Assembly: GCA_965204755.1 (NCBI GenBank)
Contig: OZ242011.1
Coordinates: 800,001 to 864,000, forward strand
Length of the DNA: 64,000 nt
Direction of reading: 5' to 3'
Source of the DNA: Candidatus Marinacidobacterium sp.
GTDB taxonomy: Bacteria; Acidobacteriota; Vicinamibacteria; Marinacidobacterales; Marinacidobacteraceae
In this document: positions 9,353 through 19,300 of the stretch, in pieces
How positions within the stretch are numbered: position 1 is the stretch's first letter
How the letters are laid out: each line of letters begins with the position of its first letter
Position numbers and translations under genes: made by a program
The notes under the pieces: model-generated
Database searches by the model: none
What the model saw: only the letters and a program-made list of their open reading frames with translations
What the model was told of the DNA's origin: nothing

Positions 9353-12300
9353 TTGGCCATCCGGTTCTTCACCAGTCCCCGCGCGGCGGAGCGGATCGCC
9401 GCGGCGCACCGGTTCCTGGACGGCGCGGCCGGCGGCGGAGACACCCGGCGGCCCGGCCCCGGCGGGGCGGAGAGCCCGGACGGAGCGAGGCAGCCGGGCT
9501 TCGTCGCGCTCGGGGCGGCGGACTACGCGGCCCGCGTGTTCTGCCGGGAGCGGGCGGCGCGGGACGGCGCGCTGGTCGGCGCCGTCGCCCGGGGGCTGGA
9601 CTCGCTGGCGCTCGAACTGGCGAAGCCGGAACTCGTCGCCGCCGGCCTCCGCGGCCCCTCCCGCGCGGCGGAACTCGCGGTGGTCACCCAAGTCGTCCAC
9701 GACGCCGGCAAGCGCGGCGAACTGGACCGGTTCTCGGCGGTCGCCGACGGGCCCGGCCTCGCCCGGCGGCTCCACCTGACCTTCTCGGAGTTCCGGGCGG
9801 CCGGGATCTCCCCGGCCCGCGTGGCCGCCGCGGGCGACGCCACCCTCGGCCGGCTCTACGGGGGGAGCGCCGCGGAGTGGGAGCGCGCCGGGTTCGCCGA
9901 CCGCAGCCGCGTGCTCGAAGCGGCGGCCCGCCGGCTGGAGGCCGGCGGGGGCCCGATCCCCGGGCGCCCGTTGGTGCTGCTGGATCCGAAACTCGGCGAG
10001 CCGCTGCTGCGCGCCTTCGTCTCCCGGCTGGCGGAACGGGCCGCCGAGGTGTTCGTCACCTGCCCGGAAGCCGACCGGGCGACCCTCGCGGCCCTCGAGG
10101 CGATGGGGGGACGGAGGACGGAGGCGCCGGGAGTCGGATCGTCCTCCGCCCGGGGGGGAGAGGCGGTCGTCAGCGCGGTGCAGCGTCGGCTGTTCCGGGC
10201 CGGAGCGGACGCGCCGGGCGAGAGTTCGGGGCGGGAGGCCGGGGAGCGGGTCGGGGAGGGCCTCTCGGTGATCGGGGCGCCGGGGCCGGCCGCCGAAGCG
10301 CTCGAGATCGCCCGCGTCTTCCTCCGGGAGGCCCGCCGCGGCGTCCGCTTCGACCGGATGGCGGTGCTCGTGGAGGACCCGCCGGCCTATGTCCCGGCCC
10401 TCGCCGAGGCGTTCGGGCGCGCCGCGGTCCCGGTGTTCTTCGAGACCGGGGCGGAACCGCCCTCCCGCGCCGGCCGGGCGTTCCTCGCCCTGCTGGACAC
10501 CGCGCTCGGCGGCCTGTCGGCCGAGGCGTTCCTGGAATACCTGTCCCTCGACGCGGACCGCCGCGGCGCCGGCCCGGACGAGGAGGAGGAGAAGGCCGGC
10601 GGCCCTGCCGCGCCGAAGGCCCCCCCGGGGGACGCCGCCGGGGGCGAGTCCGCCGAGCCGGGGGACGAACCCTCCGCGGCGGCGCGCCTCCGGGAGCAAC
10701 TGGTCCTGGAAGCCGGCGTGATCGGCGGACTCGACCGCTGGGAGCGGCGGCTGGAGCGGCTCGCCTCCCGGCTCGCCGAAGCAGAGCGGAAAGCGGCGGA
10801 CGATGCGGGGGCGGACGACGACGCAGCCGGGGAGCGCCGGCGGCGGCAGGAGGAACTCGCCCGCCTGCAGGCCGAGGCGCTGCCCGTCCTCCGGCGCCTC
10901 TCGAAACTGCCCGACGAAGCGACCCTCGGCGAGTGGGTCGAAGCGCTCGGGGGGCTCGCGCGCGCCGCCCTGCGCGACCCGGGCCCGGTGCTCGCCGCCC
11001 TCGGCGCCACCGCGCCGATGGCCGAATTCGGGCCGCTCGCGCTCGCGGAAGTCCGGCGCGAACTCGCCGACCGGCTGCTCGACGCGCGCGGCCGGAGTCC
11101 GGGCGAACGCCAGGGCCGGGTGCTCGTGGCGCCCATCGGGAAGGCGCGCGGGCTGGCCTTCGAGGTCGTGGCCCTCCCCGGCCTCTCGGAGGGCGCGTTC
11201 CGCAGCGGGCTGCGCGAGGACCCGATCCTCCCCGACCGCCTCCGGCGCGAGTTCGGCGACGACCTGGCGACCGGGCCCGACCGGCTGGAGGGCGTGCGGC
11301 TCCGGCTCTCCCTCGCCGCGGGCGCGGCGATCCGCCGCCTGGTGCTCTCCTACTCCTCGCTCGATGTGGTCGAGGGCCGCCCCCAAGTGCCCTCCTACTA
11401 CTTCGCGGAGGCGCTCCGCGCCGCGCTCGGGCGGACGCCCACGCTGGACGAGATCGCGGACCTCGCCGGTCGGGAGAGCGCGGTCCGCCGGGGGCTGCGG
11501 GCGCCGAAGCGGCCGGAGTGGGCGCTCGACCGGCGGGAGTTCGACCTGGCTTCGATCAGCCGGGCGCTGTCCCCCGAGGAAGACGCCGCGCGCGCCGCGC
11601 CTCCGGCGGGCGGCGGGTCGGGCGCCGCCGCCTACCTCCTCCGGGACGAACGGCTCGCCGCCGCGCTCCGGCAGGAATACATGCGCGACAGCCGGACCTG
11701 GCAGCCCGCCGACGGCTTCCTCCGGCCGGGGCCGGAAGCGGCGGCGGCGCTGGGGCGGCACCGGCCGACCGCGCGCGCCTACTCGGCCACCGGCCTCGAG
11801 GCCTACGCCAAGTGCCCCTACCGGTTCTACCTGAAGAACATCGCCCGCCTGCGCCCGGTGGAGCGGCCGGCGCCGCTGACGCAGGTGGACGCATTGACCC
11901 GCGGTTCGCTCGTCCACGAGGTGTTCTTCGAACTCGGCCAGCGAATGCGCGAACTCGGCCTGACCCCCCTGCCCGCCGAACGCCTCGACGAAGCGCTCCG
12001 CCTCCTCGACGAGGTCTTCGAACCGGTGGCGGCGTCCTTCCGCGAGGAGGCCGCGCCGGAGATCGAACGCATCTGGAACGACCAGTTGGACGGCCTGCGG
12101 AGCGACTTCCGGGGCTATCTCGAACGCGAGGCCGACAGCGGCTGGCGGGTGGTGGCGAACGAACTCACCTTCGGCATGGCCCCGGTGGGGCCGGCCGACC
12201 CGGCGAGCCGGCGGGATCCCGCGGTCCTGCCCGGCGGCCTGCGGCTCCGGGGCTCCATAGACGCCGTGGAGGAGGCGGCGGACGGGAAGCGCCGCGTCAC

Positions 12301-12715
12301 CGACTACAAGTCCGGGCGGGTCAATGTCCGCGCGAGCGAGGAGCGGCGCGCGCTCTTCGGCGGCGAAGCGCTGCAGCCGGCGCTCTACGCCTTCGCCCAG
12401 GAGGCGCTGACCGGAAAGCCGACCGAGGCCGGCCGGCTCTACTACACGACGCTGCGCGGCCAGTACCACCAGACCGTCGTGCCTACCGCCGAGGCGGAGG
12501 CGCGCGGCCTGCTGCTGCGCTTCACCGACTTCCTCGAGCGGGCGGTCGCGGAAGGGCGCTTCCCGGCGGCGCCCAACCCGAACGCCCGCTATTCGGAGTG
12601 CGCCTACTGCGACTACCTGTCGATCTGCGGCCCCGGCCCGGCGGCGTACGCGGAACGGAAGAACCCGGAGGGCCGGGCGCTCGCCGAGGTGCGCGAGGTC
12701 CGGGCGCTCCCGTGA
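9353..12715 (+). CDS. addB: ATP-dependent helicase/nuclease subunit B (AddB/RexB-like)
   Basis: Degenerate helicase body (ARGLAFEVVALPGLSEG). C-terminal PD-(D/E)XK nuclease RGSIDAVE...DYKSG, with Fe-S-type cysteines KCPYRF...CAYCDYLSIC. Translationally coupled to addA. Confidence 0.82.
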   Translation: MAIRFFTSPRAAERIAAAHRFLDGAAGGGDTRRPGPGGAESPDGARQPGFVALGAADYAARVFCRERAARDGALVGAVARGLDSLALELAKPELVAAGLRGPSRAAELAVVTQVVHDAGKRGELDRFSAVADGPGLARRLHLTFSEFRAAGISPARVAAAGDATLGRLYGGSAAEWERAGFADRSRVLEAAARRLEAGGGPIPGRPLVLLDPKLGEPLLRAFVSRLAERAAEVFVTCPEADRATLAALEAMGGRRTEAPGVGSSSARGGEAVVSAVQRRLFRAGADAPGESSGREAGERVGEGLSVIGAPGPAAEALEIARVFLREARRGVRFDRMAVLVEDPPAYVPALAEAFGRAAVPVFFETGAEPPSRAGRAFLALLDTALGGLSAEAFLEYLSLDADRRGAGPDEEEEKAGGPAAPKAPPGDAAGGESAEPGDEPSAAARLREQLVLEAGVIGGLDRWERRLERLASRLAEAERKAADDAGADDDAAGERRRRQEELARLQAEALPVLRRLSKLPDEATLGEWVEALGGLARAALRDPGPVLAALGATAPMAEFGPLALAEVRRELADRLLDARGRSPGERQGRVLVAPIGKARGLAFEVVALPGLSEGAFRSGLREDPILPDRLRREFGDDLATGPDRLEGVRLRLSLAAGAAIRRLVLSYSSLDVVEGRPQVPSYYFAEALRAALGRTPTLDEIADLAGRESAVRRGLRAPKRPEWALDRREFDLASISRALSPEEDAARAAPPAGGGSGAAAYLLRDERLAAALRQEYMRDSRTWQPADGFLRPGPEAAAALGRHRPTARAYSATGLEAYAKCPYRFYLKNIARLRPVERPAPLTQVDALTRGSLVHEVFFELGQRMRELGLTPLPAERLDEALRLLDEVFEPVAASFREEAAPEIERIWNDQLDGLRSDFRGYLEREADSGWRVVANELTFGMAPVGPADPASRRDPAVLPGGLRLRGSIDAVEEAADGKRRVTDYKSGRVNVRASEERRALFGGEALQPALYAFAQEALTGKPTEAGRLYYTTLRGQYHQTVVPTAEAEARGLLLRFTDFLERAVAEGRFPAAPNPNARYSECAYCDYLSICGPGPAAYAERKNPEGRALAEVREVRALP

Positions 12716-15700
12716 GCGCGTCCCCGACAGCCGCCGCGCGGGCGGCGCCGCCGCTCCCGGCCGAGCCCCGTTCCGGGCGGAGCGAAGGGAGTCTCCCGGA
12801 CGCCCCGGCGAGGCGGCGCATCGCCACCGACCTCGACACCACGCTGGTCGTGGAAGCCGCCGCCGGCACCGGCAAGACCACCGCGCTCGTCTCCCGCGTG
12901 GTGGAACTCGTCCGGTCGGGGCGGGCGAACATGGCCGGCGTCGCCGCGATCACCTTCACCCAGCGCGCCGCCGGCGACCTGCGCCTGCGCATCCGGCAGG
13001 GCCTCGAAGCGGAGATCGCCCGGGGCGCCGGGCCGGCGGAGGCGCGGCGGATGGAGGAGGCGATGAGCGAGTTGGAGGAAGCCTCCATCGGCACGATCCA
13101 CGCCTTCTGCAGCACGCTGCTCCGCGAGCGCCCGCTCCCGGCCGGGGTGGACCCGGACTTCGAGGTCCTGAGCGGCGGCGAACAGGCGGCGTTCTTCGAG
13201 CCGCTCTTCCGGGCCTACCTGCGGAGGCAACTGGAAAACCCCGGGCCGGGCGTGGCGCGGCTCCTCCGGCGGAACCGCGACCCGAGGGCCGACCCGGTCC
13301 GCCTGCTCCGGAGCGCGGCGTTCCGCCTGCTCGAACACCGGGACCTCGACGCGCCGTGGTCGCGCCCGCCGCGCGATGCCGAGGCGGCGGTGCGGCGACT
13401 GCTCTACGAAGACGAACTCAACGAGGACGAGACGGAGATCACCGGGGCCTGCCTCTCCACGCTCGCCGGCGCGCACCGCCTGCTGCCGCCGGAAACGCCG
13501 GGCCAAAGACCGAACTGGCTCCACCGGTCGATGGCGGACGCCGCCGAACTCGAGCGGGACATCGCGATCCGGAAGCAAACCGGACGGTGGGATCACGACT
13601 GGGTGGAGCAGGCGCTCGCCACCTTGGAGTTGAAGGAATACGGCGGGCGGCCTCCGGCCCGGGACACGGCCGCGAAACTGCTGCGCGCGTTCCCGCTGTT
13701 GCCGGTAAAGATCGTCCGGCAGCAGATGCAGGTCGATCTGAACGGATTGCGCGACGGCTTCGTGGCGCGGCTCGAGAAGTTCCGGGAGATGGCCGGCGCC
13801 GACCTGGCGGCGCTCCTCAGGGAAGACCTGCGCCCGCTGCTGGGCGAATACCGACGAACGACGGGCGGCGGAGACCCGGAACCGGAAGCGGCGGACCGAA
13901 TCGCCAGCGACGAAGCGGAAGACGACTCGGAAAAGACGCTGACCGGTTACGAGGAAGCGAAGCGGGCGGCGGGCCGGTTGGACTTCGAGGACCTGCTGCT
14001 CCGCGCGCGCGACCTGCTGCGGGACGATCCGGGAGCGCGCGAAGAACTCCGGTCCCGGTTCACCCACATCCTGGTGGACGAATACCAGGACACCGACCCG
14101 GTGCAGACCGAGATCCTGTTCCTGCTGACCGCCGCCGAGGAGCCTCCCGGCGGCGACTGGCGCCGGGCGGTTCCGACGCCGGGGCGGCTCTTCCTGGTCG
14201 GCGACCCGAAACAGTCCATCTACCGCTTCCGCCGCGCCGATGTCCGGCACTACCTGCAGGTCAAGGAGCACCTGCTGGCGCGCGGCGCCGCGGAAGTCCG
14301 GCTCACCACGAACTTCCGCTCGGTCCCCGAAATCTGCGAGTTCGTGAACGGCGTCTTCGCGCCCCTGTTCGGGGCGGCCGGCGGCAGCGCGCCTGAAGGG
14401 GCGCGGCCGGCCGCAGAGTCCGACGATCCGGAAGAGGAAGACGACCGCGAAGCGAGGCAGGTGGAGTACGCGCCGATCGAAGCGCGGCGCAGTCCGGTCG
14501 GAAACCAGGCCGCGCTGGCGGCGATCCCGGTGCCGGACGGGGGAGACCTGGCCCGGAACGCGCGCGAGATCGAGCGGGCCGAGCCCGCCGCGGTGGCCCG
14601 TTTCGTAGCGCGGCTGCTGAAGAGCGGCCTCGAAGTCTCCGATCGGAGGGTTGCCCGCCGACCGGTGGAGCCGAGCGACATCTGTCTCCTGTTCCGGAGG
14701 TTCCGCGCGTTCGGCCGGCTGATTCCCCAGGCCTACGCGGACGCGCTGCAACAGCGCGACATCCCCCAGGCGCTGGCGGCGATTCCCGGTTACACCGGCA
14801 GCGCGGAGATCCGCGCGATGCGCGCCGCCCTCACCGCCGTCGAATACCCCGACGACGAACTCCATACCTACGCGACGCTGCGCGGGCCGCTGTTCGCGTT
14901 CTCCGACGAGGAGTTGTTCCTCTACCGGGAGCGCGGCGGGCGCCTCTGCCCCGGCGCCCCCGGCCCGCCGCCGGAAAATCCCGGCCCGCCGCCGGAGAAC
15001 CCCGGCCCGCCGCCGGAAGACGCGGACGCGTCCGACCGCGCGATCCGGGACGCCCTCGGTTTCCTCGACGAGTTGCACCGCGACCGCAACCGGCGGCCGG
15101 TTTCGCACACCATCCAGGCTCTCCTCTCCCGCCACCGCGCCGAAACCGCCTTCGCCTTCCGGAAGTCGGCGGACCAGGTGCTGGCGAACCTCCGCCGGCT
15201 GACGCAGTCGGCGCGGGAGTTCGAAGCCGACGGCGGCCTGTCGTTCCGCGCGTTCGTCCGCCGACTCGACGACGAGGCCAACGACGCGGACTACGGCGCC
15301 ATGCACGCCTTCGACCCGGATGTGCGCGGCGTGCGCTTTTCGACCGTGCACTCCGCGAAGGGACTGGAGTTCCCGGTCGTCATCCTGGTGGACACTCCCT
15401 GCCGGCGCGAGGGCCGGGCGCAACGCGTGGTCCGCCCGAAGGAGAAACTCCACGCCTGCGACCTCGGCGACGGAATCCGCCCGCTCGAACTGCTGAAGGC
15501 CCGCAAGTCGGAAGAGCGCGAAGATGTGCTCGAGTTGGACCGCACGCTCTATGTCGCCGCCACCCGCGCCCGCGACCTGCTCGTCACCGTCCGCCCCTCC
15601 GCCCAACACGACATGGACCGGAGTTGGCTGCGCCCGGTGTACGACCGGATGCCCGAACCGGACGAAGACCGGGAGGCCGGCGTCCGCGAAACCGGGTACG

Positions 15701-16521
15701 AAGACGCCGCCCCCCGAACCGGGCAGCCGGATTCGCCGCCCGCCGACCCGACCGCGCGCCGCTGGAGCCTGCTCGCGCGCGACGCCGGAGCCGAGGGGGA
15801 CGACGGAGACGGCGGCTTCGGGGCCTTCCTCGAACGGCGGGCGGACACGCTGGCGCGGGGAAGCGTTCCGACGACGCCCGTCATTCGCGCCGACCGCTAC
15901 GCCCGCCGCGACTTCCCCCCCGACGAAGTCGCGATCCACCAACTGCCGCGGGCGCCGGGCCGCCCCCGGGGCGCCGCGTTCGGGGAACTGGTGCACCGCA
16001 TCCTGGAGCGCGCGCCCTTCGACGGCGCGGAGGAGGAAACGCCGGCCCGCCTCGCCCCGCTGCTCGCCGCCGAGTACGACCTCGACCAAGCCCTCGCGGC
16101 GCCGGCCGCCGCCGCGGCGGAGGCCGCGCTCGACCACGAAGTGCTTCGCAGCGCCCGCCGCGCGGCGGAGCGCGGCGCCTGCTTCCGCGAGTTCCCGATC
16201 TACCTGCGGGAGGACCGCCCCGCCCCGGAAGAACCCCCCGCCCCGGAAGAACCCGGAACCGGCAACGGCGCCGAAACGGACAGCGCCGAACCGAACGGCG
16301 CGCTCCTCATCGAGGGCAAGGTGGACCTGCTGTTCCAAGCCGAGGACGGCGCCCCGTGGACGGTCGTGGAATTCAAGACCGGCAGCGAACCCGCGGACGC
16401 GGCGACTTCACCGGAAGCCGAAGCCGCGCTCGACCGCTGCCGCCGCCAAGCCACCATCTACGCCCGCGCCGTCTCCCGCGCCACCGGCGAACCCGCGCAC
16501 CCGGTCCTCCTGTTCGTGTAG
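12712..16521 (+). CDS. addA: ATP-dependent helicase/nuclease subunit A (AddA, UvrD-type)
   Basis: GTG 12712 overlaps the addB stop (GTGA). Motifs AAAGTGKT, TIHAFC, VDEYQDTD, VGDPKQSIYRFR, NFRS, TVHSAKGLEF, LYVAATRARD, and C-terminal nuclease GKVDLL...EFKT. Confidence 0.88.
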   Translation: MSASPTAAARAAPPLPAEPRSGRSEGSLPDAPARRRIATDLDTTLVVEAAAGTGKTTALVSRVVELVRSGRANMAGVAAITFTQRAAGDLRLRIRQGLEAEIARGAGPAEARRMEEAMSELEEASIGTIHAFCSTLLRERPLPAGVDPDFEVLSGGEQAAFFEPLFRAYLRRQLENPGPGVARLLRRNRDPRADPVRLLRSAAFRLLEHRDLDAPWSRPPRDAEAAVRRLLYEDELNEDETEITGACLSTLAGAHRLLPPETPGQRPNWLHRSMADAAELERDIAIRKQTGRWDHDWVEQALATLELKEYGGRPPARDTAAKLLRAFPLLPVKIVRQQMQVDLNGLRDGFVARLEKFREMAGADLAALLREDLRPLLGEYRRTTGGGDPEPEAADRIASDEAEDDSEKTLTGYEEAKRAAGRLDFEDLLLRARDLLRDDPGAREELRSRFTHILVDEYQDTDPVQTEILFLLTAAEEPPGGDWRRAVPTPGRLFLVGDPKQSIYRFRRADVRHYLQVKEHLLARGAAEVRLTTNFRSVPEICEFVNGVFAPLFGAAGGSAPEGARPAAESDDPEEEDDREARQVEYAPIEARRSPVGNQAALAAIPVPDGGDLARNAREIERAEPAAVARFVARLLKSGLEVSDRRVARRPVEPSDICLLFRRFRAFGRLIPQAYADALQQRDIPQALAAIPGYTGSAEIRAMRAALTAVEYPDDELHTYATLRGPLFAFSDEELFLYRERGGRLCPGAPGPPPENPGPPPENPGPPPEDADASDRAIRDALGFLDELHRDRNRRPVSHTIQALLSRHRAETAFAFRKSADQVLANLRRLTQSAREFEADGGLSFRAFVRRLDDEANDADYGAMHAFDPDVRGVRFSTVHSAKGLEFPVVILVDTPCRREGRAQRVVRPKEKLHACDLGDGIRPLELLKARKSEEREDVLELDRTLYVAATRARDLLVTVRPSAQHDMDRSWLRPVYDRMPEPDEDREAGVRETGYEDAAPRTGQPDSPPADPTARRWSLLARDAGAEGDDGDGGFGAFLERRADTLARGSVPTTPVIRADRYARRDFPPDEVAIHQLPRAPGRPRGAAFGELVHRILERAPFDGAEEETPARLAPLLAAEYDLDQALAAPAAAAAEAALDHEVLRSARRAAERGACFREFPIYLREDRPAPEEPPAPEEPGTGNGAETDSAEPNGALLIEGKVDLLFQAEDGAPWTVVEFKTGSEPADAATSPEAEAALDRCRRQATIYARAVSRATGEPAHPVLLFV

Positions 16522-16564
16522 AGCCGGGCGGCGCTCGACCGCGCGCCGGGGCGCCGGCGCGCCG

Positions 16565-17683
16565 CTACCGCGCTCGGGTGTGCGCCCGGATGTAGTCCAT
16601 GAGGCTCGGGATTCCCGGTTCCCACTCCGGGGTAGGGCCCGGCCGCCAGACGAAGCCGAGATGTCGAAGCGTGCGCTTTGCTGCCGCGATGTCGGCGGCC
16701 GGCCCGTCCCCGATCACTCCTCGCGCGATGTCGTCGAGCGCCGGCGCCGAGAGCGTTGCGCCCTTCCCGAAAGCCTCGGCGACGGCCCGCGCCACCGGCA
16801 GCAGGTCTTCGGCCTCGAGTTCTTCGTAGCGCGCCAGGTAGTACAGGCCACGCTCCCGCTCGAACGCCGGCCGCGCGGCTTCCACATCGGGGACCGAAAC
16901 GCTCGAACGACCGGAACTCCGCGCCCGCCGCCAAACGAGACTGCCCCAGATCTGGAGGAAATACGGATAGCCGTGGCTCTGGCCGACGATCTCCTCCAGC
17001 GCCGCTGCCGCGATCCCCACGCCGGCGCTCCGCAACGGTCGCTCGACCGCCGAAGACGACGAAGCCGGGTCGAGCCGATTGATCGGGAGTTGACGCGCCC
17101 GAGACCAGAAGGAAGCCCCCATGCCCGAGAGGCGGTCCCGAATGTCCGGGGTCCCGGCGAGAACGAGCAGGAGGGGCCACTTCGCCGCAACTTGCTGGCT
17201 GGCGTTCAGCAACTCCCTGCCGACCTCCACGCCCAGCGTGTGGGCCTCGTCCAGCAGAACGACCAGCGGCTTCCGACTCGCCCGGGCTCGAAGGACCTCG
17301 TAGGCGGGAGGCGTCTCGCGGTGCCCGGGCCGCCATTTGAGTCCGGCCAACGAAACCTCATCGGGAGTCAGGGTTTCCCACCAGGAGGTAGGCAGCAGCC
17401 GCTCGGCGAGTTCCGCCGAACTCCCGACGACACTCGGAGTGAAGCGTGCGACTTCTACACCGGCGTTCGCTTCGAGTTGGCGCTCGAGCCAAACGAGCAG
17501 GGTCGTCTTCCCGTTACCGCGCGGGCCGTACAGGATCACTTCGCCGGGGGGCGGCACGCGGTCTTCCAAATCCGCGACCAACGCCAGGAGCACTTCCTGC
17601 TCGGCGCCACGCCCCGCCAAATGCGGCGGCAAACGACCGTCGCCCGGTCGGAACAGCCCAGAGGACCGGCGCGCTTCGGCCAT
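16565..17683 (-). CDS. AAA-family (AAA_16/ATPase_2-like) P-loop ATPase with putative C-terminal winged helix
   Basis: FRPGDG..PPHLAGR, Walker A GPRGNGKT, Walker B LLDEAH, GYPYFLQ, WEPGIPSLMD. Start refined to ATG 17683, with TATACT 7 nt upstream. Confidence 0.85.
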   Translation of the reverse strand: MAEARRSSGLFRPGDGRLPPHLAGRGAEQEVLLALVADLEDRVPPPGEVILYGPRGNGKTTLLVWLERQLEANAGVEVARFTPSVVGSSAELAERLLPTSWWETLTPDEVSLAGLKWRPGHRETPPAYEVLRARASRKPLVVLLDEAHTLGVEVGRELLNASQQVAAKWPLLLVLAGTPDIRDRLSGMGASFWSRARQLPINRLDPASSSSAVERPLRSAGVGIAAAALEEIVGQSHGYPYFLQIWGSLVWRRARSSGRSSVSVPDVEAARPAFERERGLYYLARYEELEAEDLLPVARAVAEAFGKGATLSAPALDDIARGVIGDGPAADIAAAKRTLRHLGFVWRPGPTPEWEPGIPSLMDYIRAHTRAR

Positions 17684-17778
17684 GCCCGTCAGTATAGGAG
17701 GCGCCCCGGCCCGTGGGTGCGAGAGAACGGGCGACCGGGTGATGAGTACGGACCCCGATCGGTAGCGCGGCGGCCTAT

Positions 17779-18000
17779 CAGCCCGGGGAAAAAGCGCCCC
17801 GCCGTCCACTCCTCGACGCGAGGGGGCCAAGGTCCGCGTTCCGTTTCGCGGTGGGGCGCTCTTCCCACGGGCCGGCGGCGCGAATCGCTGCGCGACTGCC
17901 CCCGCCATCTGTCGCGGGGAGGGGGCCACCGCCTCCCGGTGCCCCTGCCCGGTCGGCGCTTCGCGCCCACGGAGGCTCTCCGGACTTTCTCCACGGGCTG
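17779..18000. mobile_element. Putative MITE / non-autonomous IS remnant
   Basis: Left end CAGCCCGGGGAAAAAG (17779-17794) matches the reverse complement of the right end CTTTCTCCACGGGCTG (17985-18000) at 14/16. An internal inverted copy lies at about 17849-17872. No transposase and no clear target-site duplication. Confidence 0.5.
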
Positions 18001-18031
18001 CTGTCCAGAAACCGCCGCGGCCGATTCCTAC

Positions 18032-19261
18032 CTACCGCCCCGACTCCCTGCGTTCGTTCGGCGGACCGGGAGGGCCGGGGCCGGTGGCCGCGGGCGGGAA
18101 CGGGGACTCGGCGGCCGCGCCGGCGTACTTGTAGAAGCGCCCCTCCAAGGTCTTCATCAACTCCTTGTAGCGGGCCTTCTGGTCCGGGGGGGTGTGGTCG
18201 AAGACGCGGACGAAGAACCGGCATTCCTCGTCGCGGCTCCAGTCGAAGAGGGCCTGCGTCTGTTCGAGGAACTCGGACTCGCGGAGCGTCCGGTCGAGCC
18301 GCACCTGACCGAGGGGGAGAACCGTCCGCTCCGCCGGGTCGGACGCGACTTCGGCCGGACGGACCATGTATCCCGACTCGACGAGGCCGATGTCGAAGAG
18401 GTAGGCCACGCGGCGGCCGTCCCGGTAGCGGCAACTCGGATGATCCATGCCGCCGCGACCGGGGCCCGCGTGCGAGCGGGCCTGGGCGCGCAACCGTTCG
18501 ACCTGCGCTTCCGCGCGCTCGAGGTCCGCCGCCATGCGGTCGAGGCTCTGTCCGGCGCGCTCCCGCCAGCGCTCCGCGTCGCGGAACAGTTCCTCCACGG
18601 CTTCGGGGGTCGGCTCCAGGCCGCGTTCGCGCAGGGCGTCGCGGGCGGTGTCGGCGATTCGGGCCGCTTCCGCGATCTCCTCGGGCGTGAGGTCGTCGGT
18701 GGCGGCGGCGGCTTCGGCGACCTGGCGCGCGGCGTCGAGCAGTTCCTCCGGAGCGATGCCGGCGGCGCTCGCCTCGGCGATCACTTCGGCGGCCTCCGCC
18801 ATGGTTTCGGGGGAGAGATCGGCCTCGGCGGCGGCGGTTCGGGATGCCTCTTCCCGTTCGAGCGTGTCGGTGAGGGCGCTCAGGAACTCTTCGGGGGATT
18901 CCTCGGCCTCCGGCCCGGCGCGGCGCACCAACTCCCGCCAGTTCTCCGCCTCGCGTTCGACTTCCACCAAGGTGAGATGCAGGTCGCCGCCCTCGTCCGG
19001 TTCCGGCGCGGCCTCGGCCAACTCCTCGGCCAAACCGCGATCTTCGACGAAGCGCTCCACATCGTCCAACCGCAGAAGCAGGAGCGCCAATTCCTCCTTC
19101 GTCTCTTCCACATCCTCTTCCGCCTGCTGCTTGGCCTTCGTTTCCCGCTGCAGCAGGGCCGCGAGGGCCAGCAACAGGACGAAGATGACCAGGAGCACGA
19201 CCTCGGCCATCGTGAGGCCGAGGACCACGCCCCTCGGGAAGGACGAACGGACGCCGGTCAT
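18032..19261 (-). CDS. Single-TM coiled-coil protein, MotB/ExbD/ZorB-like N-terminus
   Basis: N-terminal GLTMAEVVLLVIFVLLLALAALL TM with an acidic residue, a long acidic helical region, and a C-terminal globular domain with two Cys. Confidence 0.75.
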   Translation of the reverse strand: MTGVRSSFPRGVVLGLTMAEVVLLVIFVLLLALAALLQRETKAKQQAEEDVEETKEELALLLLRLDDVERFVEDRGLAEELAEAAPEPDEGGDLHLTLVEVEREAENWRELVRRAGPEAEESPEEFLSALTDTLEREEASRTAAAEADLSPETMAEAAEVIAEASAAGIAPEELLDAARQVAEAAAATDDLTPEEIAEAARIADTARDALRERGLEPTPEAVEELFRDAERWRERAGQSLDRMAADLERAEAQVERLRAQARSHAGPGRGGMDHPSCRYRDGRRVAYLFDIGLVESGYMVRPAEVASDPAERTVLPLGQVRLDRTLRESEFLEQTQALFDWSRDEECRFFVRVFDHTPPDQKARYKELMKTLEGRFYKYAGAAAESPFPPAATGPGPPGPPNERRESGR

Positions 19262-19300
19262 GTCTCGGGCAGGGGTTTCATCGCAGCCGGCGACGGGGTC

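Noticed and set aside
6982-12711. 3179-aa ORF 6982-16521 as a giant helicase fusion
   Set aside because: The first ~1900 codons are an antisense or off-frame shadow of the TPR and addB genes. The real AddA starts at GTG 12712.
11800-12715. Cas4-like nuclease (PD-(D/E)XK with Fe-S cysteines)
   Set aside because: It is the C-terminal domain of AddB, coupled to AddA, with no CRISPR context.
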